From positions 508,433 through 572,432 of the forward strand of contig BCGN01000007.1 of NCBI GenBank assembly GCA_001599295.1: a stretch of DNA of 64,000 bases, given 5' to 3'. Within the stretch, counting starts at the first letter, position 1. Each line of letters starts with the position of its first letter. Shown here piece by piece: positions 47,896 through 60,832 of this stretch. Origin of the DNA: Sporopachydermia quercuum (lineage: Eukaryota). Below the pieces are notes generated by a model, which was not told the DNA's origin, did not search any database, and worked only from the letters and a program-made list of their open reading frames with translations. Made by a program: the position numbers and the translations under genes.

Positions 47896-50800
47896 ATGCA
47901 GATGTTAACAAAGGTATGTTGATTTAATCACGCGTAAAAAANTGAGGAGTGGGCAAGGAGAATGGGTATTATGGTTGATACGGATATTTCTTAGTGAATA
48001 TATTGAGCTGAATTTGTTAGTGTGGGATTGATAGAAATGTGTGATTGACATATTTAATGCCACTTATGATACTGTGAATCATATTACAGTAATAAGTGAA
48101 CATTGTTCCATTATTTACGCTATCAACATACAGTATACTAAACCCATTATTTTATTTCTTGACTGCTCAATTTATTATCCTCCGCCCTCATACTAACATT
48201 CTTCAAGTTTGAATCCAAATCCTCAAGAGCTAAAGGTGTCTGCTTCCATCCAACCCGTCCTTGGGTTCTAGTGTCGCTTCATTCATCGACCATCCAATTA
48301 TGGGACTATCGTATGGGAACATTAATCGACAGGTTTGAAGATCACGATGGACCGGTAAGAGGTGTTGATTTCCATCCTACTCAACCACTATTTGTTTCTT
48401 GTGGTGATGATTACACTGTCAAAGTATGGTCACTCCAAACCCGAAAATGCATATTCACTCTAAATGGACATTTGGATTACGTGAGAACATGTTTCTTCCA
48501 CTCCGAATTACCATGGATCATCACTTCTTCTGACGATCAAACCATAAGAATCTGGAACTGGCAGAACAGACAGGAAATTGCCTGTTTGACGGGCCATAAC
48601 CATTATGTCATGTGTGCTCAGTTCCATCCTACTGAAAACTTGATTGTGTCAGCATCATTAGATCAAACAGTACGAGTTTGGGATATCACAGGATTAAGAA
48701 AGAAACATTCAGCCCCCAGTAATCCAATGTCCTTTGACGACCAAATCAATAGATCAAACAATGTCCAACAAGATATCTTCGGTAACACTGACGCTGTCGT
48801 TAAATACGTGCTTGAAGGTCACGACAGAGGTGTCAATTGGGCAGCATTCCATCCGAAACTTCCTTTGATTGTTTCTGGTGGTGATGATCGTGTTTTGAAG
48901 ATCTGGAGAATGGCCGAAACAAAAGCATGGGAAGTCGACACCTGTAGAGGTCATAGCAATAACGTGTCATCTTGTTTATTTCATCCTCACCAAGACCTTA
49001 TTTTATCCGTTGGAGAAGACAAGACTATTCGTGTTTGGGACCTAAATTCAAGACAGCTTATTCAAACATTCAAGAGAGATGCAGACAGATTCTGGTTACT
49101 TTCTTCACATTTAGTTCACAACTTATTTGCCGCCTGTCATGACAGTGGTGTTGTTATTTTTAAATTAGAAAGAGAACGACCTGCCAATGTGTTATATCAG
49201 AACAGTCTTTTCTATATTAACAAGGATAAACAAGTGAAGATTTTTGATTATTCAACTGACAAAGAGTCCTTACCAGTGTTGAGTTTGAAGAAAATCGGAA
49301 ATTCCTGGAGTCCTTTCAGAACTATTTCCTATAATCCTTCTGAAAGATCTATCTTAGTAACCACTAGGGTATCAAATGGATCATCCAACTCCTCAGTATC
49401 AAGCACTGGCACTGGTATCTACGAGTTAATTAGCCTTCCTAAAGACATTACTGGAGCTATTGAACCATCATCATCAATCTCTGGAACTGGCGATTCTGCC
49501 TTGTTTATCGCTAGAAACAGATTTGTTGTCTTCCAGAAGGCCAGTTCGACCGTTGACGTTAAGGATCTAAACAATTCTACCACCAAAACTTTGAAATTGG
49601 AAACTGGAGTTAATGATATTGCTCATGGAGGTAACGCTGGACAAATCCTTTTGTTAGGTGGATCTACAGTTACTTTATACGATGTGCAACAAAGCAAACC
49701 ATTAGCTGAAGTAGTTGCCACCAATATCAAATATGTCAGCTGGTCTCCTGATGGGAAGTACGTTGCCTTACTAGGCAAACACTCTATCACCATTGTAAAT
49801 AAAAACTTGGAAATTGTATGCTCATTACATGAAACTCTAAGAGTGAAATCAGCGGCTTGGGATGATAATGGAGTGTTGTTCTATTCAACACTCAACCATA
49901 TTAAATACACTCTATTAAACGGAGACAACGGTATTATCAAGACACTTGAAAACACTTTATACTTGACAAAAGTGAGAAATGCTAAAGCCTACTGTTTAAC
50001 AAGAAATGGAACTATAGAGATTCTCCATATTGAACCAGCTGAATATAGATTCAAGCGTGCTTTAGTTAAAAAGAATTATGGTGATGTGTTGAGAATCATA
50101 AAGAACTCTAATCTGGTTGGTCAAAACATCATCGCTTATTTGGAAAAGAAAGGATATCCTGAAATTGCTTTACAATTCGTTGAGGATTCTTCTACTAGAT
50201 TTGAATTAGCATTAGAATGTGGAAACTTAGATATTGCTCTTGAAGAAGCTAAGTCATTAGATGATAGTGGTGTTTGGGAAAAACTAGGAGTGGCAGCTTT
50301 GCAACAAGGTAATTTTGAAATCGTTGAGCTGGTGTATCAAAAGCAACACGAATTTGATAAATTGTCCTTTTTATATTTGATTTCTGGTAATAAAGCCAAG
50401 TTGGAGAAAATGCAACATATTGCTGAATATAGAGGTGATTATTCTGCTGTTATACAGAATTCGTTTTATCTTGACGACGTGGAAAAGAAGGTGGAAGTGT
50501 ATCTCAATGCTGGGTTGTTCCCATTGGCATATATTACTGCTAAGACCAATGGTTTAACTGAACTAGCTCAACAAGTGTTGGAAGATGCCGATATCACTGA
50601 GGAGGAAGCTGAAAGCAAGCTGAAATCAAGCAAAATTACCGGAGAACCTTTGTCTGTTGCTAAACCTGTTATCAACACTACCTCATTCAATTGGCCTTTG
50701 AAATCAGCTGGTGCATCATTGTTCGAGATGGCTGTTCTAGGTCAAATCGACGATTTGAGCATTGCCAATAATAATGAATCAGGTGCTTCCAATGGTTCAG

Positions 50801-51900
50801 CAGCAGGAATATATTCCACTGGAAATGACGANCTCTTAATTGCTGAGGATATCGACCCTGATGCTGATGGTTGGGACCTTGATGACGACGATATAGATGT
50901 TGGTGAAGACGATATTGCATTAGACGGTACCACAGGAGTTCCTGGTGCAGCAGAAGAAGAAATTCCAGCAGATATCCCAGGAACAGCAGAGACCGAATTC
51001 TGGTTACGCAACTCAAAATGCGCGGCAGGACACGTTGCAGCAGGTTCATTCCAATCAGCAGCTAGCATGTTGAACCGTCAAATTGGTGTCGTGAACTTTG
51101 AACCTTTACGAGAACGATTCTTAGAAGTATATCAAGCATCAAAGCTATATATTCCCGCCCATGAAGGACTTGATCCCTTACCAGTTTACATCAGAAACGA
51201 ATTTGCCAACACCAGCCGCAGTAATGATAAGTTATTACCATTTGTTCCAGGATTTGAATCATTGGAAACAGAACTACACTCAGCATTCAAATTATTCAAC
51301 TCCAATAAACTGGCTGAAGCTATAACAGCATTCAGAAAAATCATATACACTATCATAGTTTTGACAGTGAATAGTAAAGAAGATGAGGAAAAATGTCAAG
51401 AGATTTTATCTGTTTGCAGAGAATATATTCTTGGTTTATCAATTGAACTCAGGAGACGATCATTAAGTGAAGATCAAGTTGTTGAGAACTTGACTTTGGC
51501 TGCTTATTTCACCAGGGCCAATTTACAACCAGCACATTTGATTAATGCATTGTATATTGCTATGAACCAGTCATTCAAACATAAGAACTATGCATCTGCA
51601 TCATATTTTGCTGCTAAATTCCTTGACATTGTCTCCACAGGTAAGAAAGCAGAAACAGCAAGAAAAGTCAAAGCCAAGTCTGATGTTATTGGCCGTGATG
51701 AAATTGAAGTCGATTTCGACCGTTACGCAGAATTCGATATATGCCCAGCTACTTTCACTCCTATATATAAAGGAGCGCCATTTGTTACTGAAGCATTAAC
51801 AGGAGCTAAATATAAACCAGAAGAAAAGGGCAAATTATGTAAAATCACTGAAATTACAATGATTGGAGCTCCGGTGTCTGGTTTAAGAATACTTGAATAG
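47896..51900 (+). CDS. COP1: Coatomer subunit alpha; exons 47896-47913 and 48208-51900 (1236 aa)
   Basis: Spliced MQMLTK|FESKSSRAKGVCFHPTRPWVL; WD40 repeats; SNLVGQNIIAYL.KKGYPEIAL. Intron GTATGT..TACTAAC..AAG. Confidence 0.97.
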
Positions 51901-52445
51901 ATTATTTATTGGATTGGATTCGTCGGAAGAAAGAAGAGTGTGAATGAAGTAGAAAAGATACCATTTTTATGTAGTTGATTGATGGTTAATTGATTAGTTG
52001 TAATTATTGTTGTAAAATGAACCAGTAGTATCATGCTAAATAGCAAAAGAATAAAGATAGATGGGAACGATAACCTTCAGCCATCAGAAATCTACTTGAC
52101 GATGAGATGAGTAATAGGAAGAGCATAGCTATAAAATATCAGTCGGTAGATTTGATCCGAAAGGCTGAATATGTGCGATTCATTCATTGTTTCTATGATA
52201 GCATCATTGACTACGTTCAATAGTTGATTAAACATAAAATGCTAATTGACTGATATCTACTCAATATAGAACACATTTATTATGAGTGTATGTTCATAAT
52301 ACTTAACAGAAGAAGTATCATATTCTTTTATCTTCAAATCAAATTAGTTCCCCTTTTCTTCGCTTAACTAGTAGATCACTAATATAATAAACACACTTAT
52401 CAGCTTGAGTTTATCCGTTAATCAATTAATTAAAAAATTAATGCG

Positions 52446-52547
52446 ATATTACGTTATGTTATATTACATTATGTTATATTACATTATGTTATATTACATT
52501 ATGTTATATTACATTATGTTACATTACATTATGTTACATTACATTAT
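52446..52547. repeat. 15-bp minisatellite ATATTACATTATGTT, about 6.8 copies
   Basis: Higher-order repeat of a 5-mer between the converging COP1 and JHD1 ends. Confidence 0.92.
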
Positions 52548-52907
52548 ACTATTACATTTTGCTGCGCCATACAGTGCACTATCGTCANTGAACAGTGTCA
52601 TGACAGAACGATGACCTATCTGTCCACTTAGTTTCGTTGTAGTATATGCTACCGTATTCTGAGAGCATTCAATCGTTCATTCAGTAATATATATGAAATG
52701 CTTCATCTCAGTAAAACAAAAATAAAAAATTACTCCATTGTTGCTACTGATTATCGAACTTTCGTACCTAATACAATTGTACCCTGTCAGTAAAGCAGCC
52801 TTTACTTTGCTATCCACGCTTCTCCATATGTTTTCGAATCATTAAATACTTGATNCTGATTATAGAGTAATGGGTGTTGTAGATATCTTGATTCGTTTCC
52901 TATTTCC

Positions 52908-54770
52908 TCATTCCTTCAAAACACATTGAACACTCCTTAGCCTTTTTTCAACAGCACTCAAATATTCGTTCACGTTGCTTCTCTGATTACTGATATTACC
53001 ATAAACTGGCGATATTACAATTGATGATCTTATTTTTGATTTGAGCTGCTGTTTAATTTCATTACTACTTAGCTTTTCCACCTGTTTTCTCAAGTATTCA
53101 ACCAAATGTAAGCCTGAGCTGATTTCCATTTCACCAATAGACGTTTTAATCGCTTTTCTGTCATAGACAGGATACCTATTTCCATTGCCCCTGCTATCAC
53201 GATTACTTTGACCATTGTTAATCTCATCATTTCGGCTCGTTCTCTCATAAATCCATGCCAGTGCAAACCAACTGACCTTATTGAAATATGGGAACCTGAA
53301 CTTTGTAGGGACTTTGGTAATGGTCTCAATATCTGCTATTCTTATTTGCATAGGTACATTCATCATAGTAAGGAAGTTCCCTCCTATAACAACACTATCC
53401 TCTGGGGTATACACAGCATGAATCCAACCTGAGGGAATGATCATCGTATCACCAGGGAAGAGATTAATACGGAAACAGTCTAAATGAGGATTAGAAAACA
53501 AGTCTAGTAAAAATGTTTCATTCTGGTTGCTATCTAGACACCATTTGGTGTAAATGTTCAGGTTCTTTTTAGAAGGAGGAACCATTAGAAAGGATTTACT
53601 GCCAGAGATGATTCTGTAATAGACGGAGGTACCACCGAAATCTATGTGGAAATCGGTGTATGAATGTTCAACAGACATTAGACAGTAAAGGGTGACTTGA
53701 GGACGGGGCGTTAGACTAGTGGGATCCTTCGTGGGGTCCCTAGTGGGGCTTTTGGTGGGATACTCTGCATCACATTGAGCGTTTATAGCATTTCTAGTAC
53801 TAATATCACCGACACTTTCCTCCTGCTTAGAAATACCAACACCAGCACATTCTTTGGAACCATCCTCATTATGCACCCTATCACCACAGTTTTTGCTTTC
53901 ATGCTTTACTTCTGAATCTCCGCATTTAATTGCTCCTCCCTTGCCCACACAATTCCATACCTCATCAACTAAATCCATATCATCCACTAACTGCGGCCTT
54001 TTTACAGCATCAGCAAGCTTTGTATCAGAGATCTCTAAACTAATCACATTTCTTACTTTATCACGATCCTCTTTGTTTTGTATAAAATAATCTCGCCATA
54101 ATCCTAACGTCCAGTACCCTGCATTCCCATATGGCTTATCAATACATCTATATTGCAGTTCATTAGGGATAGTACTGAGATTCTGAGTCAGAACTTCCAT
54201 GACTTCAACCTGTTTCTCTTCTCCTACTATTTCTGCAATTTGACCAACCGTCAGCGTTTTCGGGACTTTCATTGCTACTCCTCTACCGTTTATCTCTTCT
54301 TCCTTATTCAAATCACGCGGTATGTACACTGGCTTCTCACCTAGCCGATTACGGATAGCCCATTGTTTTGTCAATTGGTCCCCTTTGAGCACAATCAGTT
54401 TAGAGTGTTCACCAGGCTTAGAAGTGTCGATAGAGTCGTTCACAGCAGGGAAGGCCAGAAGCTTAGCGATATGTGGGTGAAGTGTCTTGGAGACCACTTT
54501 GGCACCTTCATTCAAAGCGACATAATCAATGCTTGATTTGCTGCGCTTAGACTTGCGGATATATACAGAAGGACCATATTTTTCCGCACAGGAGTTGCAG
54601 TGGAAGCTTCTTATTTCTGCTATTTGCCAAGGGTTTAAATCCAAGCATTTGTCATGGAACCAGGTTGAGCATTTATCGCATTGAATCCAATCAGAATAGA
54701 GATCAGCGTCACCTGAAGGGCCTGTTACTTGTAGGCAAACACCGCAAGCGTCTTTCAGGGATAGGATCAT
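52908..54770 (-). CDS. JHD1: PHD plus JmjC H3K36 demethylase
   Basis: PHD (CGVC..WIQCDKCSTWFHDKC..CNSC); RNVISLEIS, YTDFHIDFGGTSVYY, IPSGWIHAVYTPEDS. Confidence 0.93.
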   Translation of the reverse strand: MILSLKDACGVCLQVTGPSGDADLYSDWIQCDKCSTWFHDKCLDLNPWQIAEIRSFHCNSCAEKYGPSVYIRKSKRSKSSIDYVALNEGAKVVSKTLHPHIAKLLAFPAVNDSIDTSKPGEHSKLIVLKGDQLTKQWAIRNRLGEKPVYIPRDLNKEEEINGRGVAMKVPKTLTVGQIAEIVGEEKQVEVMEVLTQNLSTIPNELQYRCIDKPYGNAGYWTLGLWRDYFIQNKEDRDKVRNVISLEISDTKLADAVKRPQLVDDMDLVDEVWNCVGKGGAIKCGDSEVKHESKNCGDRVHNEDGSKECAGVGISKQEESVGDISTRNAINAQCDAEYPTKSPTRDPTKDPTSLTPRPQVTLYCLMSVEHSYTDFHIDFGGTSVYYRIISGSKSFLMVPPSKKNLNIYTKWCLDSNQNETFLLDLFSNPHLDCFRINLFPGDTMIIPSGWIHAVYTPEDSVVIGGNFLTMMNVPMQIRIADIETITKVPTKFRFPYFNKVSWFALAWIYERTSRNDEINNGQSNRDSRGNGNRYPVYDRKAIKTSIGEMEISSGLHLVEYLRKQVEKLSSNEIKQQLKSKIRSSIVISPVYGNISNQRSNVNEYLSAVEKRLRSVQCVLKE

Positions 54771-55679
54771 TTTTGGTCATTTGGTAAACAACGTATTGAA
54801 AGTGCAAATTGAGGTAAAGTATAGGTGAAAACGAGAAAATTTGTTGATAAAAAGACAATTGGTGATCAATATGCTATGGCGATTGTTCTTTAGAAAGTAC
54901 TAGGAATGTAGTTGTGTGATAAGATGTACTGTGTGTATTGTAAGGTACCAAAACACTACTTTTGGCCATAATATGGGTATATAATACAATTTCAATCACT
55001 GCGCATTTCACTTGATATTTGTAACCAAAAATTCAGGCAACCACTATCTAGTGATCAACTCTAGTGGTCAACTGTTAACATGATACGATAAGAAGAAATG
55101 CTGTTGATGAGCACCAAGAGAGAAAGGATGGAGAAGAAAATCATGTGATAATGAAGGAGAAGAGTCATGAGAGGAGATGAAATGCATTGTTGATTATATA
55201 ATCATTAAATAGGAGTAAGTGTGATTTGAACGAGTTGAAGTTCGGTATTTAAGAGCTATTCGAAAAATGAATCGAAGGTTTTGAGATAGCTGAGAAATAG
55301 AAAATTACTTTCCAGTTTCATCTGCTATTATTGATTCACATGCGGTAGACAGAAGTTACCGTGTGTGTATATTGGACGATATCACTCAATCTATAGAGCG
55401 AAGATTGTATTCTCGAGATTGATTCTTCAGGTCTCATCCTATTTACTAAGAGTTGGTGATTGGGTGGCTTCGTTTTTTCAGTTTTCCTACATCAACTATC
55501 TCGTTTGTGAAATATGGAAAATAAGTGTAGTAACAACCATAAATTCACTAGCTCCACAAACTACAATCATCTTTGTCGTATCTGTACAACTAAAACGATA
55601 AGATACACAAACCACTAGCTTTGCTCGATTCCTTCGAATCTCATCAACTTGTGGTTGCCTTCTTATTGATTAAACAACA

Positions 55680-56401
55680 ATGTTACGATCTATTTGGAGC
55701 ATTAACACCATTAAACCGGCAACTGTGAAAGCCGCAAATCGTTTGTCATCAGTTGCTGTTAGACATAACAGTAGTAAGTATTCTCCAAGCTGTACTATCA
55801 CTCCAGTCAAAGAATGACATTCGGGTAATGTCATTTGACACTGTCACCTTACTCTTCTATAATGTCAGCTAACATAAGTTCAGGTTCTTTCATGAACATA
55901 GTGAAGAAAGATGCTTCTAAACAAAAGTCGTCTAAAGAACAAAAAGGAGGTCTAAGCAGTAACGAAGTTTTAAAATCAACAATGCAAAAAGTGCAAAATT
56001 TATCAGCTGCTGAGGAGGATATAAAGTATGACATCTTAGATAAGTACTTCACCTCATTACCACCAAAAGCTTTATATGATCCATTTGATTTCACATTGAT
56101 TTCGAAAAAATTACAACAAAAGAAGAAACATTCAACTATTACGGGCAATAGAAAGATTTCTTCGGAAAAGCTCAAAAGATTACACGTCAAGCCCTCTTTA
56201 ACTGCAGAATTTTTAACAAGCGCTGGGAATGTCTTGCCAAGGGAGGTTACAGGTTTAACAAGGAAACAACAATTTTTCTTGTCAAAATCAATTAAAAGAG
56301 CAAGAGCTTGGGGATTATTATCAAGAGTTCATAGAGACATGCAAGATGTCTATCTTCCTGATAGAAAGAGAGATTTACCTCCTTTGAACTATCGTTTCTA
56401 A
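55680..56401 (+). CDS. RSM18: Mitochondrial small-subunit ribosomal protein bS18m; exons 55680-55773 and 55884-56401 (203 aa)
   Basis: Presequence exon, intron GTAAGT..GCTAAC..CAG; YDPFDF and FLTSAGNVLPREVTGL..KQQ..LSKSIKRARAWGLL (S18 motif). Confidence 0.88.
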
Positions 56402-57053
56402 GTAATTGAATGAGAGCGAAGAAGGTAGGATTAAGATGAAGCTGAAGAGGAAGATGATTAAACGGTACTAGAAGATGCGCAATTAGTACGTTATATGTAA
56501 ATAAACGACAAGATTACTACTATTATTGTACTTGATAGTTGAACGTATGCATTGTAGAGTATAAAACCCAAAGTATTGTACACCATCTTTCTGTTGAATA
56601 TCCTTGGTATAATCTTACAATTAACTCCTAATATCATGTCTAGGTCTCCAACTATCCTAGTCAATGCTATCTCCTTATATCACATAATACGTTTATAATG
56701 TGCAATATGATATATTTCTGATTCGTTGCTAATAGAGTGCTATTATGTAGCTAATGTATGGTACGTAACAATAGCATTCCAAAATAAAGTACTGAAGATG
56801 TATATTCGTGCGAAGATACTGACTCTTAAATGAGTACTGGAGCTTCAAACTAAGTCATATGTAAGTCCTATAGTATATAATGTAGCTTCTGTTCTGTTAG
56901 CTACTCCAACCTATTCAATTCTTACTATTTGGATTGAGAATATCTAATGTATATCATCCGTCTATTGGTCTCGAATTAAATCTAAATAAATAGCTCGATA
57001 TATTGTAATTAGTGAATGAACATTCTTGCTTTATCTCTGTGTTTGCTAGATGT

Positions 57054-59941
57054 TCAATTGACAATTGGAGCTTTCAAATGAATATATATGTCAGTCTAGT
57101 AAATATTGTTAGTCATGCAATAGCAATAGAAATAGTAATAGTATTAGCATCAAATGAATACTTACCCCCGATTTATAATATGTTTGAATCTCAATTGATC
57201 CTCCAAACAAATCAGCGTATGCTCTATTTAATAGTTAGTAAATGCTTATTAGAGATCTCTCTCTCCCTTCAATTCACTCCCTCTTACTCCACATTTACTT
57301 ACCGACTGAGAGGCAATCCATATCCCATTCCGGCAACAGTATTTCCCGATTCATCAGGCGCACTGTTCAAAGTAGAAAACCCATCACCTTCATTAGCCTT
57401 GTACGATGTATACGAGAATTCAAATAGCTTATCAACCATATAATCAGGAATCCCTCCGCCTTTATCCCGAAGTCTAATCCCAATCTTCTCATACTCTTCA
57501 TTTTCCCCACATTTCTTCCCCTCAACAATTGTTACAACCACTGGCTCATATTCATAGCCAAACCAATGCTCTCCACTGGCCCCATTGGCCCCACGATCGT
57601 TATTTTCAATAACGGCTCTGCTTGCATTCTTCAATGCTTCCGTTATTATATATTCAAGCATGTAAGGAACATAAGCTATAGTAATATTACTACCAGCATC
57701 AACTACAACAGGAACTCTTGCCCCGTATTTCATATCACACATAGAGCCAACAAATTCACTGCATGTATTCACAAGCTCACTTATTTTTAATCGACTTTTG
57801 ATAACTCCGTTCCAATCAGTAGTAGTAGAATTAGCATTACTGCTGCTACTACTATCATCTTTTTTCATAGCATTAGTTAGAGCAACATGATGTTTCGCTA
57901 TTAACCTTGTAAGAATTCTTTCCCGAACGTGAGAATTGAGGAAATCAGCAGATTCCTTAGAGGTCAAATACCCTTGATCAGTTCCTTCAATGAATCCTTT
58001 CGATAGTATTGGTAAGATATCATCGTGAGCTTCAATCAGCTTTTCAAGGATTTCTACAAATCGGTTATTATTTGATTTACTGAAATCAAAATTATAAAGG
58101 ATTTTGAATGTAGATATGTATAACTGATATATTTTGGAAATATGTGGATTTAGGACTACCACATAAGGTAAAGATCGAAGAGCTGTTATTCTTTGAGCAA
58201 TAAGAATGAGCATTTCTCTATGCGCCTTTTTACCCCTAGCTGTTAATCCTTCAGTTGTTTCTGGTATCTCAAGGAGAGTCTTCATTGTAATTCTGGTTTC
58301 TTGTTAGTAAGGAAAGCAATGGAAGGAGGAAAGCAAGACAGGAGATGAGGAGCAATTTGCCGGAAATTAGTAGGCCATTTGGTGATCCATTACAGATATT
58401 ATGTTAGCATATAGTAGCAACTAAATACCAGAAGGTACTGCATGGATTATATCGTATATGTGCAAAACAATCGTCAATCATTTATTGCCCAATTTATCAC
58501 CAGATAAGAGCTACCTGATAAGGGAAACCGACAGTAGATCGCAGATAAACCAAGTGATAGATCCTGGTAATAGCTAGATAGCAGATATCATATCAGAAAG
58601 GCGAGATCAAATAACTATCTATCTTATTAAATAGCCAACCAAGTAGAAAACCAGTAATGAAATAATAGTGAAAAGTAGTAATGCAGTAAAGTAGGAAAGA
58701 TACTTACTTTGGGGTCGCTTCGCGTGAAATCTGTTAAAAGAATATTTGTTAGTAAATACTATTAATCTTATCAAANAAAAGATAATTGAGCTGTAAATAT
58801 AACAACTGATAAACAATTTGTTATTTGATATATGAAGAGCTGACACGATAAAAATGGTAGAGAAAATAGATTCTATGCTAAACAATATCATTGAGTTTCT
58901 GTAGAGTTTGTAATAATATTTGTAAGCCTGTCATTTGTTTTTGATTGATTTCGCAATAATTTCTGTAGTAATTTCGCTATTTAATTTCGTTAATTTCGCT
59001 AATGATCCCTGCAATAGCTGCTGCAAAATTTTGTAATAATTTCTGTATAGTAATAAGCTGTCAATCATTCATTGCAACAAAAACTAACAGAAATGCAGCA
59101 ATTCGGAAATTCACTCACTTGCAATAAATTTATCAAATTGCAAGTAGGGGATTTGAAGTTCTATTTCCTGTTATTTGTTGGAGTAGTAATAGAATAGCAA
59201 TGAAAATACAGCATGATAGACATCAATAGCAAAACAGTAATTCGTTTATCATAACCCACCAATTGCAACTATTGAAGACTCCATAAACAGAATCAATTGC
59301 AGCATCGATAAACAATTCTCCTGAGCACTTGTGGTCATTAAAGCACTTTCAAAAGAATTCAAAATTCCATGTTTATCAAACTGCTGAGTAAATGCCCAAA
59401 TGGCACTCACGAAAGCTCCATATAATGCTGAGTTGATCAACACTTGAATAAAAATTCATCATTCAGCAAACAACGTCCTCTACTTCAAATCCTTCGAATC
59501 TCAACTTATTTGCACTATCAGCTAACAATAATTGGACAAAATAGCAATAAACTCCAAAATATCTCTCGTGATTCGTTCATATTCTTTTCAATAAGCTCCT
59601 CAGACTCATTTATGAACTAAGCATGTTTACCAAATCATCACTATACATACCTCAGCAATGCTCCGTTCATATTTCACACGTGATTCATATAGAAGAATAT
59701 CCTCTTCAATATTTCTGCTTCTTTTTCCACTCTGGCCACTGGAAATACATCGATAAGTCAAGTGATTCCCATAGAAAGCAAAAACGTTACTTCTATGGCT
59801 AGCAGCAGCACTCTTAGTGCTACTACTATAAGTACTATTGTTCCTTATACATAGTAATGGAGCAAGTTGTCGAAGACAGACACCAGTGGTAAGTGGTGAA
59901 CACTGTTGAAGTGTATGAGCAATACAAGATTTAGAAAGCAT
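57054..59941 (-). CDS. PKP1: Mitochondrial PDK/BCKDK-family kinase; exons 59941-59651, 58730-58708, 58292-57303, 57223-57166, 57095-57054 (467 aa)
   Basis: LRSLPYVVVLNPHI, EALKNASRA (N box), RDKGGGIP, FEFSYT, AGMGYGLPLSR|AYADLFGG...G|TDIYIHL. All four introns canonical and phase-compatible. Confidence 0.88.
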
Positions 59942-60832
59942 GAAACAAAGGAATTAGTAGATGGTGGTTTGGAATCAGATGCTTGTCAAATTTGATTTAT
60001 TGTTATAATATCAGAATATATGAAAAACAGTAAATGAATGAGGTGTGCGATAAGTAGAAAAAAGGAAAGAAAGTAGATTGTTGAAGAGGTGAGGTGATAA
60101 TTTAGAGTTTGGGGATCTAAGGTAAGAGTACGCAAGCAAAATTTAGGTTGGTAATATAGTTAGGGTTTAATACATGTATCTGGGTTCAAGAACCTTGTCT
60201 ACTATTCTTCAGATATTTTCTTAGTTTGAAATGAGCTATAATAATTGATTATTCGAATAATTAGTAGTTTCTTTTATTAAAATTAAGAATATCTAAACAT
60301 TTATAAAAAAAAAAGTTTATTGTGTGGAACTAACTAGGTAGAAGAAAACATAGAAGGATCTTTTAGTGGTAATCAAACCTTAATTAAAATATTAGGTTTA
60401 AGTTTAAACTCTAATTCGAACTCAATACCAATTTACATTTCCTTTGTTGGGAGTTTTTCTCAAATCCTGTACCATTATAACATCTAAAGCCCTCAATATA
60501 TAATTTTTATGGCCATAAATTCGTATTATTTATCGTCTTTATACCATAGTTCCTAATTTTCTAACGATTGGATCCCCACTATTTTTTGTTGCTTTCAGCT
60601 TTAGGTTTAAAGTTAGAATATCAAACTTAATTGCTGCCTCTCAATAATTATACCCCCTAATATGGGACATTTGATGGTTCCTAGTAAAGCCAAACAAGCG
60701 TGGCTCGGCGCATCTACTGAAGCCATATCTACTTGAAAACCTTTATTCCGAACGCTAACATACATTTCTTATTCATATTCACTATAAGTGTCAACACAGC
60801 ATCAACAAATAGCAAACTCTCTAGGACTACAT

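Noticed and set aside
50113..50115. Possible CUG reassignment (Ser or Ala clades)
   Set aside because: CTG encodes the conserved Leu of alpha-COP SNLVGQ, prefoldin ILVP (6974) and Ath1 FPEL; the standard code fits.
52405..52614. 69-aa ORF with MLYYI repeats
   Set aside because: Translation of the 15-bp minisatellite.
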